This document shows positions 8,511 through 17,314 of a DNA stretch of 64,000 bases, piece by piece. The DNA comes from Candidatus Shapirobacteria bacterium (GTDB lineage: Bacteria > Patescibacteriota > Microgenomatia > UBA12405), in NCBI GenBank assembly GCA_041660365.1, contig JBAZWK010000001.1, positions 1,524 through 65,523 on the forward strand, given 5' to 3'. The position numbers and the translations under genes were made by a program. Under the pieces are notes generated by a model. That model had not been told where the DNA came from. It searched no databases and saw only the letters and a program-made list of their open reading frames with translations. Position 1 is the first letter of the stretch; each line of letters opens with the position of its first letter.

Positions 8511-10850
8511 TTATTGAAATATGGCACTTAACTCTGAATCAGACATATCATCAACTGTCTTGTCTAAAACCAAGGGAGGGTTAGTAATAATTTCTGTGCC
8601 TGAGGGAGGGTTTGTGGTTGTTTTTATAAAACTCTCACTAGAGAGACTAGTACTAGATAGTTTTATAGAAATAGGGTCAAACCCTCCAACCCTCCCCAGC
8701 TCTTCAAGAAGTCCTTCGTTGTTTTTAAGCTTAATCCCCTGGTAATGGATCAATCCCCCATTACGTTTTACTTTGTTATGTTTCTCTGTCATCATTTTTC
8801 CAAAGAGCGTGTTGCTTAACATGTCGCGATCCTTTAGTTTTGCATCTTCTGCCCAAGACACATAGTTTTTGTACAGGACTGTTGATTGTGTTAACACACC
8901 TTCAGTTTCTTCACACTCACTGACGATAAAATCGGACAATACGTCGTTCTCAGATTGATATGTTTTGGTTGCTATCTCAACTACTTCAGGTGTTGGGCTT
9001 AGGCCTTCTTTCTGCCATAGTAAGCACCCTTCAATTAACCAGTTTAGAATCCCAGATGATTCTGTTTCTAGTTTAGATACAAGATTTTCATCTTGTTCTT
9101 CTGGTTTGAATATCCGATTAAAACTGATTAGTTTAATTCTTCGCCAAAATCCGAAACTGTTGTCGTCAACACCAGGTAGATGATTGATGAACATCCAAGG
9201 TTTTGCTGTCGGTTTGAAAGTAAAGTTCTCTTGATAAAGATATCGAGCAGTGACATTATCACCGCCAGTCCAAGCCTTTAGTCTTTGTTCGTTAATTCGT
9301 GCAGTGGTCAATGTCTCACTGGATACTAAGAATCGTTTGAACTCTGTCGCTGCTTCATCGTTACTATTACTCGCCTGAAGATTTTTGCGAAAAAGACTAG
9401 CTGGCGCGTCATACGAATAGTCTCCCAATATATTAGAGATGGTCTTGAACATGACGCTTTTTCCGTTTGCACCATTACCATAACAAAAGAATGCGGCCTG
9501 ACTTTTGACACTTCCAGTTATTGAGTAACCCAATGCTTTTTGAACGTATCGAATTAGCTCTTTGTCACCTTGAAATATCTCGTCAAGAAACTGTTCCCAC
9601 CTTGGACAAGGTGCACCTGAATCATAGGTAACACTTGCTTGCATTGTAATTCTGTCTTCTGGTTGTCCATCTCTTAATTTACCAGTGGTTAGGTCAATAA
9701 TCCCATTTTTACACGATAACAACATTTCATTAGAATCCCAGTTTTTACCATCATCAGTTATTGGATGTTGATCTCTTGCAAGGGCAATGGCTGCTTCTAT
9801 CTTTTGCCTACTTTCGCTTTGCATAGCCCATTTTGCTACAGCTTCCTTCTTTTTTGGATTCTCTATTGTTGAGGCTTCTACAAATCGTTTTCTGGCAGCA
9901 TCAATAGCGTATCGGCTTATAGATCCATTATTGTCAGGCTTCCATCTGTGCTGATCCCACACTAACCAACGATTACGTCGATGATCGAACCTTAACTTAT
10001 TTCCAAATAGTTCTGCTATCTTTTCGGCATTACCAGTATCAGTCAGATGTAGTTTCTTCTTTTTCTTTTTTGTTTTATCTGATGGTTCCTGATTAGTAGA
10101 TTCTAGTTTACTGTTTTGAACAAACTCCCAAGCTCTTGAGACATTATAATTAAACTCAGTTTCATCTAAAGGTGGAGTAAAAGTTTGATTCATTCCAAAG
10201 AGGATTCTTTTACCTTCATCATAATTAGTTGAATAGAATTGATGACATGCCCATTGATACAACTTTCCACTTCTCTCACCTTCAGGAATATCTATAAAGT
10301 CTTTGATTACTAATGGGGTATAGTCAGTCGGACTCTTTTTATCTCCTCTAATTAGATTTTCTATGTCCAATGGAAGAGATTCCAACTTATTTATATTTTC
10401 AGTTGGATCACTTAACCACCTTCTATTATTGAAAGGTGGTAATAAAGCATATGAACGATCCCCTTTAATATCAATATGGAGTTCTGGGTTTGAATGACTT
10501 TGAATTCGTCTGTTGTACTTAAAGTAATAGTGTTTGCCACCACTTTGAGAAACAGCTTCTAGTGGAGAATGAAATCCCCATTCAGGTAATCCTTTCTTTA
10601 TACGGTCGTCGTCTACGATCATGACACCAGAAATATCACCAGTGACTACGGCCAGATAATACCCTTTATTTATCCATCTTTCGACGTCTTCAAGAGAGGC
10701 TTTGTTTGTTTGATATTTCTTCCATTTGTATACAGGTTTTTTGTCACCTTTTGAGCTTATTGGAATTATGGACCAGCCCAATTCTATATATTTTTTAGCG
10801 TATTCTAACGCGTTAAATTCTTGGGGTATTTTGTCCATCTTCATCATCAA
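8511..10850 (-). CDS. Primase-helicase of the phage/plasmid P4-alpha/D5 type (N-terminal Prim-Pol domain plus C-terminal SF3 helicase)
   Basis: N-terminal 'GWSIIPISSKGDKKPVYKWKKYQ...YLAVVTGDISGVMIVDDD' is a bifunctional primase/polymerase domain. The C-terminal 'FFCYGNGANGKS' is a Walker A of the D5_N/P4-primase helicase type. Confidence 0.75.
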   Translation of the reverse strand: MMMKMDKIPQEFNALEYAKKYIELGWSIIPISSKGDKKPVYKWKKYQTNKASLEDVERWINKGYYLAVVTGDISGVMIVDDDRIKKGLPEWGFHSPLEAVSQSGGKHYYFKYNRRIQSHSNPELHIDIKGDRSYALLPPFNNRRWLSDPTENINKLESLPLDIENLIRGDKKSPTDYTPLVIKDFIDIPEGERSGKLYQWACHQFYSTNYDEGKRILFGMNQTFTPPLDETEFNYNVSRAWEFVQNSKLESTNQEPSDKTKKKKKKLHLTDTGNAEKIAELFGNKLRFDHRRNRWLVWDQHRWKPDNNGSISRYAIDAARKRFVEASTIENPKKKEAVAKWAMQSESRQKIEAAIALARDQHPITDDGKNWDSNEMLLSCKNGIIDLTTGKLRDGQPEDRITMQASVTYDSGAPCPRWEQFLDEIFQGDKELIRYVQKALGYSITGSVKSQAAFFCYGNGANGKSVMFKTISNILGDYSYDAPASLFRKNLQASNSNDEAATEFKRFLVSSETLTTARINEQRLKAWTGGDNVTARYLYQENFTFKPTAKPWMFINHLPGVDDNSFGFWRRIKLISFNRIFKPEEQDENLVSKLETESSGILNWLIEGCLLWQKEGLSPTPEVVEIATKTYQSENDVLSDFIVSECEETEGVLTQSTVLYKNYVSWAEDAKLKDRDMLSNTLFGKMMTEKHNKVKRNGGLIHYQGIKLKNNEGLLEELGRVGGFDPISIKLSSTSLSSESFIKTTTNPPSGTEIITNPPLVLDKTVDDMSDSELSAIFQ

Positions 10851-11049
10851 TCACTAACTTTCCAGTCATATTATCTATAACTAGAACACCTTTGCCTTTA
10901 CAAACGGGACAAATGGTCTTCCCAAAAGAAACGGTGGTATATCCGTTACAGTTAGGGCATTTTTTTACTGTGAAATTTTCATCAGTCATACAATCAATGT
11001 AATTTATATTCCCAGCTCTATTCGTGGAGTTTCCTGGCTCTCGTATCAA
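10813..11049 (-). CDS. Small zinc-ribbon protein, co-oriented with and overlapping the primase gene
   Basis: 78 aa with 'CPNCNG...CPVCKGKG' (two CxxC knuckles, DnaJ-like CxxCxG spacing). Confidence 0.45.
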   Translation of the reverse strand: MIREPGNSTNRAGNINYIDCMTDENFTVKKCPNCNGYTTVSFGKTICPVCKGKGVLVIDNMTGKLVIDDEDGQNTPRI

Positions 11050-11467
11050 TCTCTCAAAAGAATTTCTTCTTCCTTACTTAATTTTAACAAGTGCAATACG
11101 TGTAGCGCAAGTGTTCTTATAGGATATGTTGCTTTTGTAAACATTGTCTTAAGAATCAATTCATAAAAGGTATTTTGATATGAAATATAGCCAATTGGAA
11201 ATAAATTTACTATATTTTAATTTATTGCGTGTATTACCGTAAAAATAATATAGTTTATGAGTTTATGAAAATTTACTTATGTAGTTATATTGATAGTTCT
11301 GTTAGAATTTTTTTGCTGAATTAGATAATTTTGATTAACATCTTCAAAATGATTAATTTTTATCAACGGAAATTTGTTATATCCTTTGTTTAGGGTAATT
11401 ATCAATTTTACAATTTTATTGTAACTAATTCCAGGGACTTGGGGCGAGTTGGAACCCAGAGGCGATT

Positions 11468-12976
11468 TTGGTAGGAAGTACGAGTGCTTCTTATCAGTGG
11501 ACAATGACGCCATTTGTAAAAAATTATGACTTATTAATTAGTGCTTTGGAAGCAAATGGTTTAGTAAAGAATCAAGATTTTTATGTATGGAATTATGACT
11601 GGCGAAAACCGTTGTCACAAATAGTAAATGATTTTAATGATTTTATAAATGGATTGAATTTACAAAATGGCGAGAAAGTAGATCTTGTGGGTCATAGTTT
11701 GGGTGGTTTATTGGCTCGGGTGTGGACTCAGGATCATCCGGAAATGGTGGGAGAAGTGATTACTTTGGGTAGTCCACATTTTGGGGCGCTTAAGGCATAT
11801 GAGGCTTGGAATGGAGCAAAAATTAGTGATAATTTTGATGTGGCTTCAGTGGCTCTGAACGTTTTGTTACAACTGGAAAAAAAGAACAATAATACTAGTG
11901 TAGAAACATTGAGAAACTACGCTCCGATTGTTTTTGATTTGTCCCCTACTTTTACTTTTTTGAAGAGAAATGGGGTTAATGTTTTAACGAAAAGCAGTCA
12001 GTATTTAAATGATAAAAATAATTCGGTAAATTTAATTAAAGATAAATTGATGACGGTTGATGGTCAGGGAGTATCGACCAAAGAATGGATAAAATTAGGG
12101 GACAGATCGGTGATTGATAAAATTTTAGGAGTATGGGAAGAAGGCCGTCCGACATCGTACTTATATGGAATTGGTGATGGCACCGTATTGAAAAAGAGCG
12201 CCATAATAAGCGGGACCGAGACAATGGAATTTAGTTCTAATCATGGTGATTTGGTTAACAAATCAACAAATTTTGTTTTGGAAAAATTGGGTTTGGGAAC
12301 AACGGTGAAAATAACAGCAGATAATATTCCCTTAAAACAGGCAGTATTTTATTTAGGTTCTCCGGCGAATATGATAGTTAATTGCGGCGGAACAGAAAGA
12401 AGTGAAAATAATGGTTGGGTGATAATGGAAAATCAAGATAGTAAAAATTGTATCGTAAAATTAATGGGTAAAGATGGCGGTGGAACTTATCATTTAGTGA
12501 TTGGTGATAATGACAACTGGAAATATGTGGAAGGGGAAATTGTTGATAGTCAGCAAATTAGTTTAACGGTAAATAGTGAAGATATTTATTGGCAGATGTT
12601 AAAACGTGATTTTCAAAGTTTGGGAATAAACACTTCGACGATTGATAATAAAAACATTTTAACGACGGCTGATATTTATATTAATTTTAGAGCGATCAAT
12701 AAAAATTATAAATTGAGTGAAGAAATAATTGATAATTTGAAAACTATTTTGGCAAAGAAAAGTGTCAGTAGTACAGATTTAAATAGTACCTATAACAAGG
12801 CATTAAGTTCTAAGTCTTTAGTTGATACTAATTTAAGATTAATGGCCAGAAATGGGGTTAATCCCCAGTACTCGGCGGCGATTACTTATGATCAGGCTAA
12901 TAAATTAATGGCTGAAGGAAAAAACTATGCGGCAAATTATTTGGCGTCGAAACTATTTGGAATTGTCTGGAAATAA
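11468..12976 (+). CDS. LCAT/PGAP1-like alpha/beta-hydrolase (lipase/acyltransferase family). Start codon uncertain (TTG at 11468 or ATG at 11504)
   Basis: 'YDWRKP' is the LCAT-family motif. 'VDLVGHSLGGLLAR' is the GxSxG nucleophile elbow. 'GSPHFGA' follows. Confidence 0.6.
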   Translation: MVGSTSASYQWTMTPFVKNYDLLISALEANGLVKNQDFYVWNYDWRKPLSQIVNDFNDFINGLNLQNGEKVDLVGHSLGGLLARVWTQDHPEMVGEVITLGSPHFGALKAYEAWNGAKISDNFDVASVALNVLLQLEKKNNNTSVETLRNYAPIVFDLSPTFTFLKRNGVNVLTKSSQYLNDKNNSVNLIKDKLMTVDGQGVSTKEWIKLGDRSVIDKILGVWEEGRPTSYLYGIGDGTVLKKSAIISGTETMEFSSNHGDLVNKSTNFVLEKLGLGTTVKITADNIPLKQAVFYLGSPANMIVNCGGTERSENNGWVIMENQDSKNCIVKLMGKDGGGTYHLVIGDNDNWKYVEGEIVDSQQISLTVNSEDIYWQMLKRDFQSLGINTSTIDNKNILTTADIYINFRAINKNYKLSEEIIDNLKTILAKKSVSSTDLNSTYNKALSSKSLVDTNLRLMARNGVNPQYSAAITYDQANKLMAEGKNYAANYLASKLFGIVWK

Positions 12977-12992
12977 TTTCTCTAAGTGTTTA

Positions 12993-13262
12993 TTACTCGG
13001 CATCAATAGGAACGTATCCTGGTAATAAATCGTATCTAAATCCATTTGTATTTAAGGAGCCAGTTTTTATTTCACTAAATCCGACTTTTTCTGGGTTTCT
13101 AATAGCTGATTCTGGACAGCCTTCATCAGTTAAAACTTTTGCTAGATCTTGTCTTTTTGAACAATAGTTTTCACCATTTTCGTTGGCTTTAACAAATACA
13201 CATTCATGTTTTTGACATATTTTAAGTATGTCTTGTTCGGACAATTCTGTTTGATTTGCCAT
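12993..13262 (-). CDS. Small hypothetical Cys-containing protein. The start is trimmed to the internal Met because the longer ORF runs into the tRNA gene
   Basis: ORF 12993..13331 overlaps tRNA-Val. The Met at 13262 gives an 89-aa product 'MANQTELSEQDILKICQKHECVF...'. Confidence 0.35.
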   Translation of the reverse strand: MANQTELSEQDILKICQKHECVFVKANENGENYCSKRQDLAKVLTDEGCPESAIRNPEKVGFSEIKTGSLNTNGFRYDLLPGYVPIDAE

Positions 13263-13295
13263 ATTAAGTTGATAATAACATTTTTTTAAAAAATG

Positions 13296-13369
13296 TGGTT
13301 GTTGCGGGACTTGAACCTGCGACCTCATCAATGTGAATGATGCGCTCTAACCAACTGAGCTAAACAACC
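13296..13369 (-). tRNA. tRNA-Val (anticodon CAC)
   Basis: Reverse complement reads GGTTGTT-T-AGCTCAGTTGGTTAGAGC-G-CATCA-TTCACAT-TGATG-AGGTC-GCAGGTTCAAGTCCCGC-AACAACC-A. It has a 7-bp acceptor stem, a D-arm, an anticodon loop 'TT CAC AT', a T-arm GGTTCAAGTCC and discriminator A. No CCA is encoded. One A-C mismatch in the T-stem. Confidence 0.8.
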
Positions 13370-13382
13370 AGATTGTTAATGA

Positions 13383-13430
13383 ATGCTCTACCAACTGACC
13401 TGCCTGCCGGCGGGCAGGGCTAAACAACCA
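13383..13430 (-). repeat. Degenerate partial copy of the tRNA-Val 5' half (acceptor 5' strand plus D-arm), interrupted by a 16-nt GC palindrome (cctgccggcgggcagg). Lies immediately 5' of the tRNA gene
   Basis: 13419-13430 'gctaaacaacca' is identical to 13358-13369. 13383-13400 'atgctctaccaactgacc' matches 13343-13360 'gcgctctaaccaactgagc'. A GC-rich palindrome sits between them. Confidence 0.5.
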
Positions 13431-13480
13431 ATACTGAGAGATTATACCAAAAATGGCTCCGAATAAGGGTATAATTAGCT

Positions 13481-14851
13481 ATGAATAAATTGGGTATAGT
13501 AGTTTTTGGAGTAACAAGTAATTTAGCTCAGCTAAAACTGTTGCCGGCTTTATTTGAATTGTGGCGACGGGGAAACATTGACAAAAATGTTTCAATAATC
13601 GGTTTATCGCATCGGGAAAGAAGTGAAGAGGAGATGAAAAACATATTTCGAGAGTCGTTAAAAAATAGAAAGTTAGTGTTCGATGAAGATTTGTTTGAAA
13701 ATTTTTGGCAATGTTTTACTTTTTTTTCAGGTAATTTAGACGAAAAGAAAATTTATGAAAAAACGGCTAAAGAATTATTAAAAGAAAATATAGAAAACGT
13801 TATTTTTTATTTGGCGGTCCATCCAAATTTATATGAGGGTATTTTTGAAAATTTAAAAAAGTGCAGTTTAAATAAAAATACTAAAGGCTTTGTGAAAGTG
13901 ATGATTGAAAAACCAATTGGAAGCGATTTTGTTAGCGCTAAAAAATTAAATGATTTGATGAGTAAGTATTTTTTGGAGTCGCAAATTTTTAGAATTGATC
14001 ACTATTTAATTAAGGAAACAATCCAAAATATTTTGATGTTTAGATTTCACAATAAAATTTTTGAGGCTTTGTGGAATAAAAATATGATTGATCATATTCA
14101 GGTGACAGCGGCAGAGGATTTTGGAGTGGAAATGAGAAACGCTTATTATGATTCGGTGGGGGCATTAAAAGATATGGGTCAAAGTCATGTACTGCAGATG
14201 ATTGCTTTGATTTTAATGAAAAAACCGGTATGTTTTGATAATAAGGAAATAACTGCTGAAAGGATGTCTGTCTTTAATAATTTAGTCCCCTGTCCGGAAA
14301 CCTTGGTCTTGGGGCAATATGAAAATTATAGTAAAGAAAAACTGTCGACAGATACATTTTTTGCCTTTAAAACAGAACTAAATATTAAAGAATTTAAAGG
14401 TGTGCCAATTTATGTCCGAAGTGGAAAAAAGCTTAAAAGCACAGCAACGGAAATTTCGGTAGTGTTCAAAAATGAAGCCGATCGAGATCCGAATGTATTA
14501 ATTTTTAGAATTCAACCAAATGAAGGAATAGTTTTAGAAATGGCGGTGAAAAAACCGGGTTTAGAGATGAAGTCAGAAAAAGCGACTATGCAATTTTGTT
14601 ACCATCAATTGGGAAAATTAAGCGAAGCTTATGAAAAATTGTTAGTAGATGCAATTAATGGCGAGCAAACTTATTTTAATGATGCAGTAGAAGTGGAGGC
14701 CCAATGGAAATTTATAGACGCCCTGAATGCTAAAAAATCAAAGATAAGTATCTATAATCCTGGAACTTGGGGACCAAAAGAGGCTGATGAGTTAATAGAA
14801 AGAGATGGCCGAAAATGGTTGGAACCATCTTTGGCATTGTGCCGAATCTGA
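13481..14851 (+). CDS. zwf: Glucose-6-phosphate 1-dehydrogenase
   Basis: N-terminal 'VVFGVTSNLAQLKLLPAL' is the G6PD dinucleotide-binding motif. 'RIDHYLIKE' is the G6PD active-site signature (DHYLGK). Confidence 0.8.
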   Translation: MNKLGIVVFGVTSNLAQLKLLPALFELWRRGNIDKNVSIIGLSHRERSEEEMKNIFRESLKNRKLVFDEDLFENFWQCFTFFSGNLDEKKIYEKTAKELLKENIENVIFYLAVHPNLYEGIFENLKKCSLNKNTKGFVKVMIEKPIGSDFVSAKKLNDLMSKYFLESQIFRIDHYLIKETIQNILMFRFHNKIFEALWNKNMIDHIQVTAAEDFGVEMRNAYYDSVGALKDMGQSHVLQMIALILMKKPVCFDNKEITAERMSVFNNLVPCPETLVLGQYENYSKEKLSTDTFFAFKTELNIKEFKGVPIYVRSGKKLKSTATEISVVFKNEADRDPNVLIFRIQPNEGIVLEMAVKKPGLEMKSEKATMQFCYHQLGKLSEAYEKLLVDAINGEQTYFNDAVEVEAQWKFIDALNAKKSKISIYNPGTWGPKEADELIERDGRKWLEPSLALCRI

Positions 14852-14870
14852 AAAAGTTATAAACTGATCT

Positions 14871-15449
14871 ATGAAATTTAGAAAAGCTTTTTCTTTAGGT
14901 AATTTTATTTTAGAGTTTGTTCAATCGATTGTTTTAGCCCTATCTGTTTTTGTTTTACTTTATCTATTTGTGGTGCAGCCAAATCAAGTTAGTGGTAGTT
15001 CTATGGAACCAAACTTTAAAAATGGTGAATATTTGTTGACTGATAAGTTAACTTATCAGTTTTCTAGTCCTCAACGTGGCCAAGTGGTGGTTTTTAGAGC
15101 GCCAGCTTCTGAGCCGTGTTCAGCTGATGAATGTGAATATATTAAGAGAATAATTGCTTTGCCCGGTGATAGGATAAAAGTTGAAAATCAAAAAGTTTAT
15201 TTAAATGGACAATTATTAAATCAAAGTTGGATACCGACTGATTTTGTGACTGAACCAGGGTCTTATTGTCAAGAAGGGGTAGAGGTGACAGTTCCATTGG
15301 GAACTTATTTAGTTTTTGGAGATAATCGATCTCATTCTCGGGATGGTCGAGAATTTGGACCAATCAAAAAAGATTCGATTGTGGGGAGAGCTTTTTTTGT
15401 ATACTGGCCAATTAAATCGATGGGTTTAGTTCCCACTATCAGCTTTTAA
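14871..15449 (+). CDS. lepB: Signal peptidase I
   Basis: N-terminal TM. 'SGSSMEPNF' is the S26 serine box. 'RIIALPGD' and 'GDNRSHSRDGR' are also present. Confidence 0.8.
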   Translation: MKFRKAFSLGNFILEFVQSIVLALSVFVLLYLFVVQPNQVSGSSMEPNFKNGEYLLTDKLTYQFSSPQRGQVVVFRAPASEPCSADECEYIKRIIALPGDRIKVENQKVYLNGQLLNQSWIPTDFVTEPGSYCQEGVEVTVPLGTYLVFGDNRSHSRDGREFGPIKKDSIVGRAFFVYWPIKSMGLVPTISF

Positions 15450-16274
15450 ATCTTTTTTACAGATTTGTTTGTACAATTCACTTAATTCAGTAAAACGTTT
15501 TTCGATTGGACCTCGGAATTGAAAAACAACTCGAGTGTAAATGTTAGTTTGAGAAATTTTAACTTTAGTAGTTTTATCGTCAAAAACTGATTCTAAGTCG
15601 TTACTGATATTATCTAAACGGGATTTTAAAAATTGAGGAATATTTTCTTTATTGATGGGAACTAAACCTTCTTCTATTTTTTGACGCATGCGTCTGGCGA
15701 TTTCTTCGGCGCGACGAACGGAAGCTTTTTCTTTGAGAATGATTTTATAGGCTTCAATCATTAAACGGGTGTCACCAATGCCAGAAAGGGCTCTAGCGTG
15801 ACCCTCAGAGATGATTCCAGAGAGTAAGCCGTCTTTTAACGCATCGGGAAGAGTCAAGAGTTTTAAGACGTTAATAACGTAAGGAACACTTTTGCTGACT
15901 TTTTTGGCAATGGCGTGATTATCGAGGTTAAATTCTTCTTTTAAACGTAAAAAAGCTTTGGCCCTTTCGATAGGATTAAGATCTTTACGTTGGACATTTT
16001 CGACTATAGCCATTTCCAACATTTGTTGAGGTGAAGTTTTTTTAATAATTGCCGGAACATAGGGTAATTTTAGAACACGGGCAGCGCGCCAGCGACGTTC
16101 GCCAGCAATAATTTGATAACCAGCGGGGGTTTGAGCAATAATTAAGGGTTCTAGAATGCCATGTTCGCGAATGGATTCAACTAATTCAGAAATCGAGTCA
16201 TTATTAATAATGCCGCGGGGTTGGAGTGGATTTGGTTCTAATTGATTGGTCGGAATTTGAGTGACATCTTTCAT
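15426..16274 (-). CDS. parB: Chromosome partitioning protein ParB/Spo0J
   Basis: 'LEPNPLQPR', 'ILEPLII', 'IIAGERRWRAA' and an HTH region give the ParB N-terminal and CTP-binding box. Confidence 0.8.
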   Translation of the reverse strand: MKDVTQIPTNQLEPNPLQPRGIINNDSISELVESIREHGILEPLIIAQTPAGYQIIAGERRWRAARVLKLPYVPAIIKKTSPQQMLEMAIVENVQRKDLNPIERAKAFLRLKEEFNLDNHAIAKKVSKSVPYVINVLKLLTLPDALKDGLLSGIISEGHARALSGIGDTRLMIEAYKIILKEKASVRRAEEIARRMRQKIEEGLVPINKENIPQFLKSRLDNISNDLESVFDDKTTKVKISQTNIYTRVVFQFRGPIEKRFTELSELYKQICKKDLKADSGN

Positions 16275-16324
16275 AGATTAAGACTACTATGAAAACCCCT
16301 GTGAAAAAAGAGAGATGAAATGTA

Positions 16325-16537
16325 TCAGATGCTTTTTCTGGTTTCTGGAACAGATTCGGACACAAGGTTTTCTATTAAAACTTGTTCTCCATCGTGAGTA
16401 TATCTAGTGGGTGCTATTGGTTTATTTTGATGAAGACGTTTAATCAAATCAGTGTTTGGGGTTGATGTTAGACCGATGTATTCCTCGTAAGAAGCTAAAG
16501 CTTGAAAATTTATTTCAGGTGCTTTTATTTTTGCCAT
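16325..16537 (-). CDS. Hypothetical small protein
   Basis: 70-aa ORF between rpmA and parB in the same orientation, with no motif. Confidence 0.3.
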   Translation of the reverse strand: MAKIKAPEINFQALASYEEYIGLTSTPNTDLIKRLHQNKPIAPTRYTHDGEQVLIENLVSESVPETRKSI

Positions 16538-16540
16538 AAA

Positions 16541-16939
16541 TTATTTTTTAGAAATAGATTTTTTAACAGTTTTTTTAGTTGCTTTTACGGCTACTTTTTC
16601 GACAACGGCTTTTTTGGTGACGTATTTGGCTTTAACAATTTTACTAGCATGTTCAATAGCTTTTTTCTCAATTTTCTTAGATTTAGGTGGTGCTTTGACC
16701 ACAGAAACGAATTTTTTACCTAATTTCTTAAAGAATTTGACAACACCGGGACGCATAGCGTAAATTGTAAAATCTTTACCTTGTTTAGTGCCGATACCAG
16801 GGTGAAATTTAGAACCAACTTGGCGAACAATAATTTGACCAACTTCAGTTTTTTGATCACCAAATTTTTTTAAACCTCGTCTTTGTCCAGGACGGTTGGA
16901 CTTTTGATTGGTTTTACCTTGAGATTTGACATGTGCCAT
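16541..16939 (-). CDS. rpmA: 50S ribosomal protein L27 with a ~50-aa Lys/Ala/Val-rich C-terminal extension
   Basis: 'MAHVKSQGKT...GQRRGLKKFGDQ...GQIIVRQVGSKFHPGIG...GKDFTIYA' is canonical L27. 132 aa against the usual ~85. Confidence 0.85.
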   Translation of the reverse strand: MAHVKSQGKTNQKSNRPGQRRGLKKFGDQKTEVGQIIVRQVGSKFHPGIGTKQGKDFTIYAMRPGVVKFFKKLGKKFVSVVKAPPKSKKIEKKAIEHASKIVKAKYVTKKAVVEKVAVKATKKTVKKSISKK

Positions 16940-16978
16940 ATATTTTTGAAAAAAATTTTAAAGTATAAATTCTAAAAA

Positions 16979-17284
16979 TTAAAAATTTAACTTAGTAATT
17001 TTAATGTCGGTTAGTTGGGCACGGAAACCGTGAGTTTTTCGATAGCGGGATTTAGCTTTGAAAATGGAGACTCGAAGTTTTTCACCTTGATAATCTCGAA
17101 CGATTTCAAAATCGACCGAAGCACCCTTGACAGTAGGGGTGCCAACTGTAATTTTGTCGTCATTGACGGTTAAAAGAACTTGATCAGTGGATTTAAGCGC
17201 TGGATCGAGTTTATCAACTGTAATAACCTGATTTTCTTCAACTTTATATTGTGTGCCAGAAATGGCAATTACCGCGTATTTCAT
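16979..17284 (-). CDS. rplU: 50S ribosomal protein L21
   Basis: 'MKYAVIAISGTQYKVEEN' is the L21 N-terminus. 101 aa, directly upstream of rpmA. Confidence 0.85.
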   Translation of the reverse strand: MKYAVIAISGTQYKVEENQVITVDKLDPALKSTDQVLLTVNDDKITVGTPTVKGASVDFEIVRDYQGEKLRVSIFKAKSRYRKTHGFRAQLTDIKITKLNF

Positions 17285-17314
17285 ACTTTTCGATTATAAC
17301 ATAGGGTATTTTTT

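Noticed and set aside
11277-11513. 78-aa minus-strand ORF in the AT-rich spacer between the primase operon and the lipase gene
   Set aside because: Lys/Asn/Ile-rich translation typical of AT-rich non-coding DNA. It overlaps the likely start of the lipase gene. More plausibly a divergent promoter region.
12993-13331. The full 112-aa ORF as given in the ORF track
   Set aside because: Its first 23 codons overlap the tRNA-Val gene (13296-13369). Trimmed to the internal Met at 13262.
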